From NCBI RefSeq assembly GCF_006345805.1, contig NC_043012.1, positions 58,900,001 through 58,964,000 of the forward strand: a DNA stretch of 64,000 nucleotides, in the 5' to 3' direction. Numbering within the stretch: the stretch's first letter is position 1; each line of letters starts with the position of its first letter. A program made the translations under genes and the position numbers. Below the pieces are notes generated by a model that saw nothing but the letters and a program-made list of their open reading frames with translations, made no database searches and was not told the DNA's origin. The stretch is from Octopus sinensis. Lineage: Eukaryota. Below are positions 27,951 to 40,546 of this stretch, piece after piece.

Positions 27951-29190
27951 TCTGAGAGCGATGTTTCGATAGTACAAAGGATTATTTTGTGCAATAGTTT
28001 AATAGAAGGAAATTTGTATTCAAGATATTATTAGGTCTTTGGGAGAGTTAAATAGAAATTACAAATGAGGAAGACGGCAAAAACTATGGAAGGTCAGAAA
28101 ATGAATCTGTATTGATGTAAACATTTAGTGCGAGCGGGGTTGTTGTATACTAATCTATATTTAGTATAGAATTTGGCTGAAATATTGCATCGAAATAGAT
28201 AATATAACAATATTCCTGATATCATATTTAGTATGAATTCAACAGACACACAGACACAAAATGGACACACAAAAATATATAGCAATATGCAATTCTGTTA
28301 TTCCTCTAAGTTATAATATAAAATTCGGTCGTCGAATAATATCTGTCAATCAAGTGGTAGGCGATGACGTAAATTGTATAAAGTGTATGACGTAGGATTA
28401 CGTAAATGTGTGACGTAACATTTTGTAGTCATATGACGTAGAATCCTGTGTGAGTTTTAAGTGGAATACTGTTGACAATGTAAACGAAGATAGCCAATGG
28501 GAATATAGTCATTAATAAAACAGAAAATGTGATATAATCACAATGTTAATGAGACAATGGACATGAAAATGAAAAAGAGTCGGTTACGAATATTGCCTCA
28601 ATAGACTTTCGATAGCTTCTTAATATCTACGGTGATGGAGAGAGAAAATATAATAGTATATCATATGAGCGCATACTTGGCTGTGTGGTTACGAAGTAGC
28701 CTTCGCAAACACTTGGTTTCTGGTTTTGACCTAGTTCGCAACCTTTTTCAACAAATGGCGGCTTCTAGTTTAGTTCTGGAACTCGGCGTTGAATACTGAG
28801 GGACTTTGGTAGGCAGACAGCCTGTGAAAGTGCGTCACACACACACACACATACACATGCGCCCGCGCACGAACATATGAGTCAAATATATAAGTGTGGG
28901 AAGTTTGTAAGCTTCGAGTTGTCTGTGGTACAGGAACAGTAATTATGTATTGACTTATAAGGTCATAGTCTTTGTCCATATCGAAGTTCGATAACTGAAA
29001 AAAACTTATCTTTTCGCTCACGGTTAGCATCTACTGTTGCTATGAACGCAGATAAAAATTCAAATCCAGTGAGTGGAGCAGGTAAAATAGAGGCTATATA
29101 TGTCTCCTAGCTAGCAGATCTTCTGGGACTAAATGACTGCTAGGAAGCATATATATATATATGTATATATATATATTTACATATATATAT

Positions 29191-29568
29191 GTGGCTGTGT
29201 GGTAAGTAGCTTGCTTACCAACCACATGGTTCCGGGTTCAGTCCCACTGTGTGGCATATTGGGCAAGCGTCTTCTACTATAGCCTCGGGCCAAGCAAAGC
29301 CTTGTGAGTGGATTTGGTAGACGAAAACTGAAAGAAGCCCGTCGTATATATGTATGTATATATATGTGTGTGTGTATGTTTGTGTGTCTGTGTTTGTCCC
29401 CCTAGCATTCCTTGACAACCGATGCTGGTGTGTTTACGTCCCCGTCACTTAGCGGTTCAGCAAAAGAGACCGATAGAATAAGTACTGGGGTCGATTTGCT
29501 CGACTAAAGGCTGTGCTCCAGCATGGCCGCAGTCAAATGACTGAAACAAGTAAAAGAGTAAAAGAGTA
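29191..29568 (+). mobile_element. SINE family A (short internal deletion)
   Basis: Family A body and GAGTAAAAGAGTA tail, embedded in TA repeats. Confidence 0.85.
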
Positions 29569-30349
29569 TATATATACATATATATATACACACATATATA
29601 TATATATGCATGTATATGTATGTATATACATATATATATATGTATATATATGTATGTATATATGTGTATGTATATACATCTATCTATATATGTATATGTA
29701 TATATATTTATATAAATGTATATGAGTATTACGTCTGTGTAACTGCATGTGTGCATATATCTCTGTATGCGTGTAGGTGGGGTTGGGGTTAGTGTTAGGG
29801 TTAGTGGAGGTCTACACTTGACCGAACAAGACAACTTAGTAAGTTCATACAAATGCTCCGAGTCTCCGAAAATTTTCAGTTCGCTGATATAGTGTTGCAC
29901 AGTACGGAACACTTCTAAAGCACAGAGATCTACGAAACCAGTGACATAACTGAGGTTAAGACGACCAGAAACTGACTGCACATCAGGTTTTATACTTCCA
30001 CTATTTTTCCTTCTCTTAGAAGATAGTTATGAAAAGAACTAGCGGTCTTTCACTCTCACTGGTTCACATGTCAGTTTATCCATAGATGTGACCCAATCGG
30101 GTGATACTACACTTGATATGAGTAGACTGGGAAAATTATGGCCAAGAGATGGTTCCACACACCTCAAAAACACGCAAGTACCGCATGTATGTAAGTATGC
30201 ATGTGTGTATGTATGTATGTATGCATGCATGCATGTATTTATGTCATTATTCAATTTTATTTCAAGATTTCTTGCCAATAGAGGAAGAGCCGGTTTCTAA
30301 CCTATATCCGAGGCTCCTTCATTGGAAGTTCAATAAAGTCAACAGAATA

Positions 30350-30760
30350 GGCGCAGGAGTGGCTGTGTGGAAAGTAGCTTGCTAACCAACCACATGGTTC
30401 CGGGTTCAGTCCCACTGCGTGGCATCTTGGGCAAGTGTCTTCTGCTATAACCCCGGGCCGACCAATGCCTTGTGAGTGGATTTGGTAGACGGGAACTGAA
30501 AGAAGCCTGTCGTATATATGTATATATGTATATGTGTGTGTTTGTGTGTCTATGTTTGTTCCCCTAGCATTGCTTGACAACCGATGCTGGTGTGTTTACG
30601 TGACCGTTACTTAGCGGTTCGGCAAAAAGAGACCGATAGAATAAGTACTGGGCTTACAAAAAAGAATAAGTCCCGGGGTCGAGTTGCTCGACTAAAGGCG
30701 GTGCTCCAGCATGGCCGCAGTCAAATGACTGAAACAAGTAAAAGAGTAAAGAGTAAAAGA
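30350..30760 (+). mobile_element. SINE family A, full length
   Basis: Runs from GGCGCAGGAGTGGCTGTGTGG to GAAACAAGTAAAAGAGTAAAGAGTAAAAGA. Confidence 0.88.
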
Positions 30761-31046
30761 GAATATTTTGTTATGTAGGTATAGGTGCAAAAATTGTAAG
30801 ATTTTTATGTATGTATTCTCATGCATATAGTTGCATGTCTCGACATGCGCATATATGATGAAATGATAAACATCCGGAAAGTTTTACAGAATTTTACCAT
30901 CCCAGATTTCACTTGGATATGACTTCGAATCAGATTTCACTTTCGGGTTTTGAGAAGCCTAATGTCTCAGGGTTGGCACCTAGACTGGTATACTCCTGAA
31001 CTTATTAGAGCCGCTGTAAATTCTTCATGTATGTATATATGTAAAA

Positions 31047-31087
<41 letters not shown>

Positions 31088-31234
31088 TTTATATATAGAG
31101 GGCATTATACATACATGCCAGAGAGCATTATACATACATGCCACACGCTAAGAGGGACAAATTAGTCATTTCTACCAAAAATATTACTAATCCCACCGAA
31201 TGCAATTTTTCAAAGTAAGACATTTAAAAAATAT

Positions 31235-31282
31235 AGACCTGTATCACAGTGATTTCATACTTACGTATTCATCAGCAGGCCT
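31235..31282 (-). ncRNA. Compact type I hammerhead ribozyme candidate (48 nt)
   Basis: The minus strand reads AGGCCTG CTGATGA ATAC-GTAA-GTAT GAA ATCAC-T-GTGAT A CAGGTCT. This gives a 7-bp stem I (one G-U), a canonical core, a 4-bp stem II with a GNRA loop, a palindromic stem III and an AUA cleavage triplet. Confidence 0.82.
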
Positions 31283-31289
31283 GAATGTA

Positions 31290-34200
31290 TCTCTCTATAT
31301 ATAAACGGCAGTTTGTCTGTGCGTGCTTCTGTGTGTCTGTTTTCTCGTACCCTCACCCTGACCACGGCTTTCAACCGATTCTGATGAAACTTGACACACA
31401 CATAGCCCAATGTCATAATTCAAAACTAACGCAGCGAAAATTTTGAAAAGTTCCCCCAGTTCTGAAAAAAATTGATAAATTCGACATGGGGTCGAGAATC
31501 ATAAACATGAACCACAGACTGTCTAGGGGACGCAACTCGAGAATCTAAGCTTTTTTTATGCAACGCATTATCTATGGTAGTTTTCACAACTTGCAATCGA
31601 TTTTCACCAAACTCATGGTGAAGCTTAATGTTACCCTAAGAAACTCAATTCTGACGTTAGTTTTCCATGCAATACCTTACCATCAGAAACAATCGATAAA
31701 ATCATGCCATTTTGGGAAATCGCGTTCAAATTCAAGATGACATATTTTCGACAATATCTTTCACAAATTGGCAGGAATCTTTTTTTTTTAACAACGAGCA
31801 TCATGTCTGCTCCAAGGAGCTATATAGCTTTTTTATTCCAATAGGATACATTATTGGAAAAAATCGGTTAATTTAATCATATGTGGCACACATAGCAAAC
31901 AAATTTGTGTATTAAACACAAACCAGACTGTCTAGGGGACGCAACTTGACCTTTTTAGCTATCGATAATTCGATCCAACCAATTCCTACCAGGAAGAAAT
32001 TACATTCGAGACTTTACCCCCAACACCGCCACTTCTGCTAATAGCTGCTGCAGCCGCAAGTTATTCGAATACTTTTTTGGTTTAAACTTTCTTTATAACT
32101 ACCACCCCAAACGTTTTACCTTCAATTTTTGACGTACCCTAACGGTCCTCGGACGCTACTTGCAAACTCTTGGTTTATTATAAACCACTTTTGTCGTGTG
32201 CATCAAAAAACTTTTCCTTTCGTTTGTTCAGTTTGATCACTTTTGACTTTTTCGTTGTTGTCACTCACATTGCTGCCAGCTTTTTGGCCGTTTTTGTACA
32301 TTTTTATACGTTTTCGGATACTTACCCCACGAGCTCCTTTTTATTACACCTTTACCAAACACATTGCTATCCACCAAAATACTTACCCCACGTGTTCCTT
32401 TTTATTACACCTTTGCCAAACACATTGCTATCCACCAAAATGCCACCCAAGAAGAGAAGGACCCTCCTCAGCCCTCGGACGGCCAAGGCATCGGCTGCCA
32501 GGGCTAGAAGGGCACGCGAGACCCACGAGGAAACCGCCTTGCGCCTCTCGCAAACAGCTTCCCGTTATGCCGCTGCTCAGGCATCTGAAACTACTAGCGA
32601 CCGTTCTACCCGACTTGCAAGGGTCGCAGCGTACAGATCTTCCCTCCGCTCGAGGTTGACGAAAGAGCAACAGTCCAGCCAAAACATGCGGGCTTCTTAC
32701 TGTGCTTCCATCCGCAGAGCTCGCGAGAACCCCGAACAAAGGGCCATTCGGAATGCGGCTAACGCCACTAGCACTGCCAGGACACGATCTGTCGAAACCT
32801 CACAGCAGAGGAGAACTCGCCAAGATGCTGACGCCGCAAACAAAGCCATGGCCAAAGCTGCCGAAACACCTCAACAGAGGAGAGCTCGCCAAGCTGCTAA
32901 CGCCGCAAACACAGCCAGGGCTCGATCTGCCGAAACTCCACACCAACGGACTATTCGGACATCCAGACATGCCATTAACACTGCTTCTGCTAGGGCTTCA
33001 GAGGGTGCTGAGGCGAGAGCTGAAAGGCTTTCAAGAGATGCCACTGCTACCGCTGTCGCACGTGCATCTGAATCTGCTGAGGCACGGTGCACTCGACTTG
33101 AGAGTATCAACAAACGTCGGGATATCATTCGTGGTGTACGTACCCCTGCCCCCGCTTTCTGGTTGTCACTAGCATTCAACTACGACGCCACAATTAACTT
33201 CTCCTTGCGTGACGACATCAAGATAGGGTCAATGACAATTGTATGCCAGTTTTGCAAAGCCAAGAAATGGCCCGGAGAGCCACCTGGTTTGTGCTGCTCT
33301 GGTGGCAAAGTGGACCTGCCACCCCTACGGGAACCACCTCAACCACTGAAGGATCTCGCGGCGGGTTTAACCCCCGATTCGTCACAATTCCTTGAAATAA
33401 TTCGAAAGTACAACTGCTCATTCCAAATGACCTCTTTTGGGGCCAGAATTCCTCCCAGAGAAGGCTGGATGCCTACTTTCAAAGTGCAGGGACAGGTCTA
33501 CCATCTTATTGGGTCACTTCTGCCAGACGAGATTCAGCAGTCTTCTTTCCTCCAAATATACTTCATTGCCGACTACAACCACCAGGTTGATGCACGCCTT
33601 GGAATAATACCGGGTACAAGCTATGTTCCCCGCAAAGACATTCTTCTCCGTCTCCAAACCATGCTTCATGATATCAACAGCTACGTCTGCAGCTTCAGAT
33701 ATGCCTTGGACAGTGCTCCATCTTCAAACTTCACCGTTGTCATTGATGCTGATAAACGACCCCACGGGGAGCATGAACGCCGTTTCAACGCACCTGCGTG
33801 CAACGAAATTGCCGCAGTTATACACGGAGAGCAACACAACAGCCGTGACATAATCATCTCCTCCCGTGGTAACAACCTACACAGGATCAGCGAGACTCAC
33901 AGATCTTATGACGCGCTTCACTATCCATTGCTTTTCCCTTATGGGGAAGACGGCTACCACTTCGGAATTCCTTTACGGCAGCCCTCCAATCAAACTACTG
34001 CGGCATCAAAGACGGTTTCCTGCAGGGCGTTCTACTCATACCGGTTCATGGTCAGGGAGGGTGAGTTCAACTTATTGCCCCGTTGTCGTCAGCTATTCAA
34101 CCAGTTCGCCGTCGATATGGCCGCAAAAATGGAATCGGAAAGGCTGCTATACATTAAACTTAATCAGACCAAACTTCGCTCCGACTCCTACATTCATCTC

Positions 34201-37200
34201 CGTGACGGTTTGCAACAAGAAAATGACCCTCGCAACATCGGCAAGCCATGCATTCTACCCTCCACCTTCACGGGAGGACCGCGATATATGCGTGAAAGGA
34301 CCCAAGACGCCTTGACCTACGTGCGCATTTACGGCCGGCCGGACCTCTTTATCACCTACACGTGCAATCCCAGCTGCGACGAAATCACTCGCGAACTCCT
34401 CCCGGGTCAATCTCACACCCATCGACACGACATCGTTGCTAGGGTTTTCCGTCTGAATTTGGGCAAAATGAAGGATTTGATAGTTAAGAGTCAGATTTTC
34501 GGGCATGTCAGGTGCCACATGTTTTCGGTCGAGTGGCAAAAGAGGGGCTTGCCACATGCTCACATCTTAATTTGGCTCACTCATAAAATCGAGACTAATG
34601 ACATTGACAAATTCATTTCCGCCGAGATTCCTGACCCCGATGAGGACCCCGGACTCTACGAAATTGTCCGCACTACCATGGTACACGGGCCCTGTGGACC
34701 AAATTACGCCAACACACCATGCTACAAAAACGGATTAGCCTGCTCAAAGGGATTCCCTAAACGGTTCACTTTGGAGACTCAAACAGGCGGCGATGGGTAT
34801 CCGCTGTACAAACGAAGGAGTCCAGCCAATGGAGGCCGCACGATTACGGTTGGGCGACATCAAGTGGACAACAGCTACATTGTCCCCTACTGTCCTCTCC
34901 TGTCGAAGATATTCAAAGCCCACGTCAACGTTGAGTTCTGCAGCTCCATCAGGTCAATACAATATGTCTGCAAATATATCAACAAAGGCAGCGATGCTGC
35001 CATGTTCAGCATCCAGAGGACCACCAGTCGCGACGAAGTGTCCAACTACTTGGCTGGCCGGTACCTCAGCAGCAACGAAGCGTTTTGGCGCATTTACGGC
35101 TTCCCGCTCCATCAGAGACACCCGGCTGTGGTGCAGCTTGCTGTACACTTGGAAAATGGACAGCAGATTTACTTCACAGAGCAAAGTGCTGTGCAGATAG
35201 CCACCAGCCCTAAAGACACAACGTTGACTGGTTTCTTCAAATTATGCCAACGTGATGACTTCGCTCGAACGCTTTTGTACCCACGGTCCCATCGTACTTC
35301 GTGTGGTCTAAAAACACCTGGGTTCGACGGAAATCCGGCAAAAACGTCGAAAGCTTCCCAGGCGTCAAGTTTGACTCCTGCCTGGGTCGAGTTTACAACA
35401 TCCCGCCAAACCAGCAAGAATGCTTCTACCTCCGTCTCCTTCTACATGAGGTCACTGGTCCAACAGGTTTCGCCAATATACGTACCGTCAATGGGGTTCT
35501 GTGCGACACCTTCAGGGAAGCATGTATGAGACTTGGCCTTCTAGAGGATGACTCCCAGTGGGACGCCACGATGGCAGAGGGTGCTTTACTGCAAACGCAT
35601 TCGGCCCTACGACATCTTTTCGCAATCCTTCTTCAAAAATGTCAGCTTAGTGATCCACTAAGTCTCTGGATGAAATACAGGGATGACATGTCGCACGACT
35701 TCTTACGTACGGCTCAGCAACACTGCCCTTCCGCCGAGATCACGTTCACCAACTTCATTTACAATTTTGCGCTCATTCAACTCGAAGACGCTGTCATCGA
35801 TATGGGTGGGTCTGCTTTAACAGAGTACGGCCTTCCACCACCCACACGTGAACACGCCAATGTTATGTCTGCTGAATTGTTACGCGAAACTTCCTACTGC
35901 ATTGAGGAACTGCACCAGTACGTCCAAGATAATGAACCACGGCTGCTTCCAGACCAGCGCATAGCCTACAACACCATCGTAGACTCTGTCAGACAGCAAC
36001 GTGGGGGGATTTTCTTCCTTGATGCACCCGGCGGCACTGGCAAAACCTTCGTCACTAAACTAATTCTGGCAGAGGTCAGACGCAACACGGACATTGCCCT
36101 GGCTGTAGCTTCCTCTGGTATCGCGGCCACGTTGCTTCCGGGTGGCAGAACCGCCCACTCTGCCTTCAGACTCCCGCTCGATCTGGCAAAGTCCGAGTCA
36201 CCTATCTGCAACATCGCCAAGAACTCAGAACAGGCCGACATTCTGCGCAGATGCAAACTCATCGTATGGGACGAGTGCACTATGGCACACAAAGGCGCCC
36301 TTGAGGCACTGGACAGGTCCCTGCAAGACTCTACGGCCCTCATGGAGGATTAACTTTACTTCTTTCAGGAGACTTCAGGCAGACTCTACCTGTTATTCCA
36401 AAAGGAACCCGTGCCGATGCCGTGCGCGCGTGCCTTAAGTCGTCAGCTCTTTGGGCACATGTGCGGCCCTTGCACCTCCAAACTAACATGCGCGCGCAGT
36501 TAATTGGTGACAGCGGATCCGCTGCATTCTCCAGGGACCTCTTATTGCTCGGTGAAAATAGGATGCTGTCTGATGCGGATGGCTACGTTCAATTGGACTC
36601 ACTTTGCACCATTGTCGACACCCCTGCTAGCCTCCGGGACGCTGTCTTCCACGACCTACAAAACAATTTACGCGACCTAAAATGGCTGGCAGGCAGAGCT
36701 ATTCTCGCACCCAAAAATACAACCGTCAACTCCATCAATATCCAGCTACTTGAAGCTATTCCTGGTGATGTCCACGTCTACAAATCTATAGATAGGACAG
36801 CAGACCCCGCCCAGCTTGCCGATTATCCTGTTGAATTCCTGAATTCACTTGAACCGCCAGGCCTGCCACCACACATCCTGAAGTTAAAAGTCGGTGCGCC
36901 CATTATGCTCATCAGGAATTTGGTTCCACCTAAACAGTGCAACGGCACACGTTTGGTTGTGAAACATTTGGCACCACATTTAATAACGGCCACAATACTT
37001 ACCGGTTGTGGGAAGGGAGAGGACGTCTTCATTCCACGGATGCACCTTCAACCGTCGGGCGCTGACCTACCAATCCACTTCAGGCGTTCTCAGTTTCCTG
37101 TTAAACTCTGCTTCGCAATGTCCATCAATAAATCCCAAGGCCAAACGCTACAAGTCGCTGGGTTACATTTGGGCGAACAGTGCTTCGCCCACGGTCAACT

Positions 37201-37422
37201 CTACGTGGGCTGTTCACGCGTTGGGAGGCGCAATGATGTTTTCATGTTTTCGCCCAAACGGACAGCTAGGAACATCGTATATACAGACGTATTCCAGTGA
37301 AGACAAGACATTGCAACGTCCACATGCACCTTCGTTCCCTGGAGGGAAAGGACTACATTGGGATTAGTCGTTGCCTACTAGGGGCTCTTACATACCCGGG
37401 CAACGCCGGGCTATGCTGCTAG
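31290..37422 (+). mobile_element. Full-length autonomous-type Helitron (rolling-circle transposon)
   Basis: The 5' end is TC (TCTCTCTATATATAAA at 31290, preceded by A31289). The 3' end has a GC hairpin CCCGGGCAACGCCGGG (37395-37410), an 8-nt spacer and CTAG (37419-37422), followed by T37423. This gives an A^T insertion with no TSD. The element encloses a Rep-helicase ORF. Confidence 0.95.
32440..37300 (+). CDS. Helitron RepHel protein (HUH Rep endonuclease + PIF1-family SF1B helicase), ~1620 aa, interrupted by two 1-nt frameshifts (~35285, ~36344)
   Basis: ATG at 32440 (MPPKKRR, NLS-like). Zn-finger-like CQFC...CC motif. Rep motifs PDLFITYTCNP, VEWQKRGLPHAHILIW (HUH, ~34528-34575) and YVCKY (34963-34977). 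Helicase motifs FFLDAPGGTGKT (Walker A ~36030-36047), LIVWDEC, LSGDFRQTLPV, FAMSINKSQGQT and HGQLYVGCSRV. The protein is spread over ORFs 32170-35529, 35301-36353 and 36422-37300. Confidence 0.93.
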
Positions 37423-38072
37423 TCATAAATAAACGACCCTGCCCCGCTTAAGCCGATCAGCTAACTGATCAACATCAACGAAGCACATGGGTGAGTTTAC
37501 ATATATTACATCCTGTAAATGGCGAACTTTTACGAATTGCATTTCGGGAAAGGAAAAGTTTTTTCGGAATAAAAATTTAGCAATTAAGGACATATATACA
37601 TATGCATGTATGTGCATATGTATGAGCGTATGTATGTGTGTGTATTTATATAGGTCCGAAATTTTAAGGGAGGTGGGCAGTCGATTAAATTCCGTTTCAG
37701 AGATTTCCCCAAAGTAGTGTTTTAGTGAAAAGATATATTAGTAAAGGAGGATGCACACGATTTAAATATTTTTAATATTATTTTTTCAGACAGAATATTA
37801 TCATACCGTACCGGTTTAACGTTTTACTAATCATGACTGGGTACCTGGTGAAAATTTTGCAATTTCGTAGTATCTTAAAGAGATTTTAGTCCATGTTTGA
37901 TTGCATGCGATTTTGAACCAGTATATAGAATAATGGAAGCCGAGGCAAAATGTTTGTGCGTACGCTTTTTAGTGGGGTTACTTTATAGTATGTAAAATAC
38001 ATTCATGACATAAAATAATGAAACAAAATTTACAAGCTGGTTATGCGTTCGTGAGTTATAATATTCAAAATA

Positions 38073-38138
<66 letters not shown>

Positions 38139-38255
38139 AGAACTATTGCATTGCATATTGAGGTCATAATCTCAATTTGCCTAAGCATTATATATATATA
38201 TATTCATACTTCGCTTACGGAAAGTGGGATTATGACCTCAATATGCAATATTTCT

Positions 38256-38295
<40 letters not shown>

Positions 38296-40019
38296 ATGTA
38301 TATGTGAATATACTATGCATATATTTATTTGCATACGTATTCAAACATATGTGTATATAATACATACGTAGATATTAATGTGTATATATATATATATATG
38401 TAGGTGTGTGTGTGTATGAATATTTATGTATACGTACGTGTAGGTGCGCGCGTGTGTGTGAATATTTAGGTTTGATGCTTATCTTCATCAATATTTCCTC
38501 TTATTTATTGCTATTATTCAGCGAAATTTTACACTCAAAATATAACAGAAAGGGAATGCTTTAAATCTATTAAGGATTAGGGAAAAAAAACGAAATAAAG
38601 CGGCGTTGCTGCGTTCCATTGACATTCATATCGGCAGACATTGTGTCTAGATTTTACTTCATTTGAAATGTTTCGAAAAACAAACCCTTATCTGAAGATA
38701 CTTATTAGAATGCGAAATATGTAAGATTTTTTCCTGTCTCCATTCTTCAAATGTTTGTAACAACATTAGCTTTTTACCCTTAAGCTTTGTCATTTATATT
38801 TTATCGCTTGTATACGTTTAATTCTTGTATCAATTTCCAGTTTCTTTATAAATATCTAATATTTATTAGTTTCTTTTTTAGAACACTGTAGTCCAACAGT
38901 ACATGGGGCAATAACGTGTAATTTTTATTTAACGAGCTATTACAGAATCTTAATTTATATAAAAATGAAAAAATAATGAGATAAATCACTCGAGAAAGTA
39001 TTTAAATAAATATTAAATTCTAGTATCAAGCATTTCTGCAGGTAATTTCTTCAAATATTATTTCACAGCGTCTATTTAGCAATAGGAATTACTACGCAAT
39101 TATATAAGCATTTGCAATTACGACTCTGATACCTGCTGTAATCGTCAATACGACACATTTAGCTACACTATCACCTGAATTTGATATTTATATTACTGGG
39201 TCATAACAATAAAATGAAGAACTCATTTCATACATCTCTACCAAGTCTCTTTATTTATTTTGTATATTTTCCACCAGAAATATTTTTCTCTCTTTGGATA
39301 TTTGAATAGCAAAAATAACAAGACATTATATTTGAAAATAAAACTGTTCCTATATAAATACATCAATGAGGATTTTCCTGAAATTATCTTAGAATATGCA
39401 TCTTACTGTATCGAATTACTGCCGTAACTAGCGTTGGCTTGTTCTATGTTTTAGTGAATTTTCGATGAGAAACATAATTCTAAAATATTCTTTAATTATA
39501 CAACAGAATTCACCAACCAAAAACTGCTTTGAACGAATTTATTCTGTCTTATTTATTACATTTTTAAAATCTCTTGGAAGACTATATGCAGCAAAACCTA
39601 AAATTGGCATTGCAAATTGGTGATTTTTCATTCAGTCAAGAATTTAATTTTGTACAAAAATAATATTACCATCGTTGTGTTTCCAATATATGATTCCATA
39701 GTCATTTTTAGATATCTATTTTTCTTCGGCGAATACAATTTATGGAAATAACTTTTCTTTATTCTTCGGTTTCACGTTCATATGATCTAAAAATGTAGCA
39801 AGTTTGTCAGCTTATTTCATAAACGTCTTACCATTATTAAAATCTCATCTCTCTCTATATATATATGCGAGTGTGTGCGTGCGTGTGTGTTTGTGTGTGT
39901 GTGATTCTGTGTATATGTATTGGTCTGTATGTGTGTTCATATGAACGCGTGTAAGTACGAATATTTCTATAGTAGTAAGACAGTAATATATACATATGTA
40001 TGCATACACACACATACAT

Positions 40020-40081
<62 letters not shown>

Positions 40082-40183
40082 ACAGACAAATATGTATATA
40101 CGTACATATACATAAACACACACACATACAAACATATATATAAACACACACACATACATACATATATATATATATGGGGAGAT

Positions 40184-40279
<96 letters not shown>

Positions 40280-40366
40280 GATAGATAGATAGAGTGATTG
40301 ATTAATTGATTGATTGAGTAATTGATTGATTGAATGATTGATTGGTTGAGAAGGAAACAGTGAAGC

Positions 40367-40424
<58 letters not shown>

Positions 40425-40455
40425 CGCGAGAAAGAAGCAACAAGAATGGATAGGT

Positions 40456-40546
40456 TTTTAGTACAATCGTTTCATACAAGGACAGGCTTTATTAAAAGTT
40501 GCAAAAATTGCAGCATATAAACGTGTCCCGTACTCATCAGCTAAAA
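40456..40546 (-). ncRNA. Type I hammerhead ribozyme candidate (left arm, mirror copy with intact stem II base)
   Basis: Reverse complement of the right-arm motif. It retains GTAC pairing with GTAT at the base of stem II. Predicted cleavage is between 40462 and 40461. Confidence 0.78.

Noticed and set aside
32170-32439. First 90 aa of the 1119-aa ORF (alternative start codon)
   Set aside because: It begins at a TTG and runs through a 61-bp tandem duplication in AT-rich leader. The ATG at 32440 (MPPKKRR) is the more plausible start.
38688-38730. Other CTGANGA...GAAA matches (also ~18590-18620, 21700-21760, 41840-41900, 61390-61440)
   Set aside because: Stem I or stem II cannot be formed in register, or the position before the cleavage site is not U.
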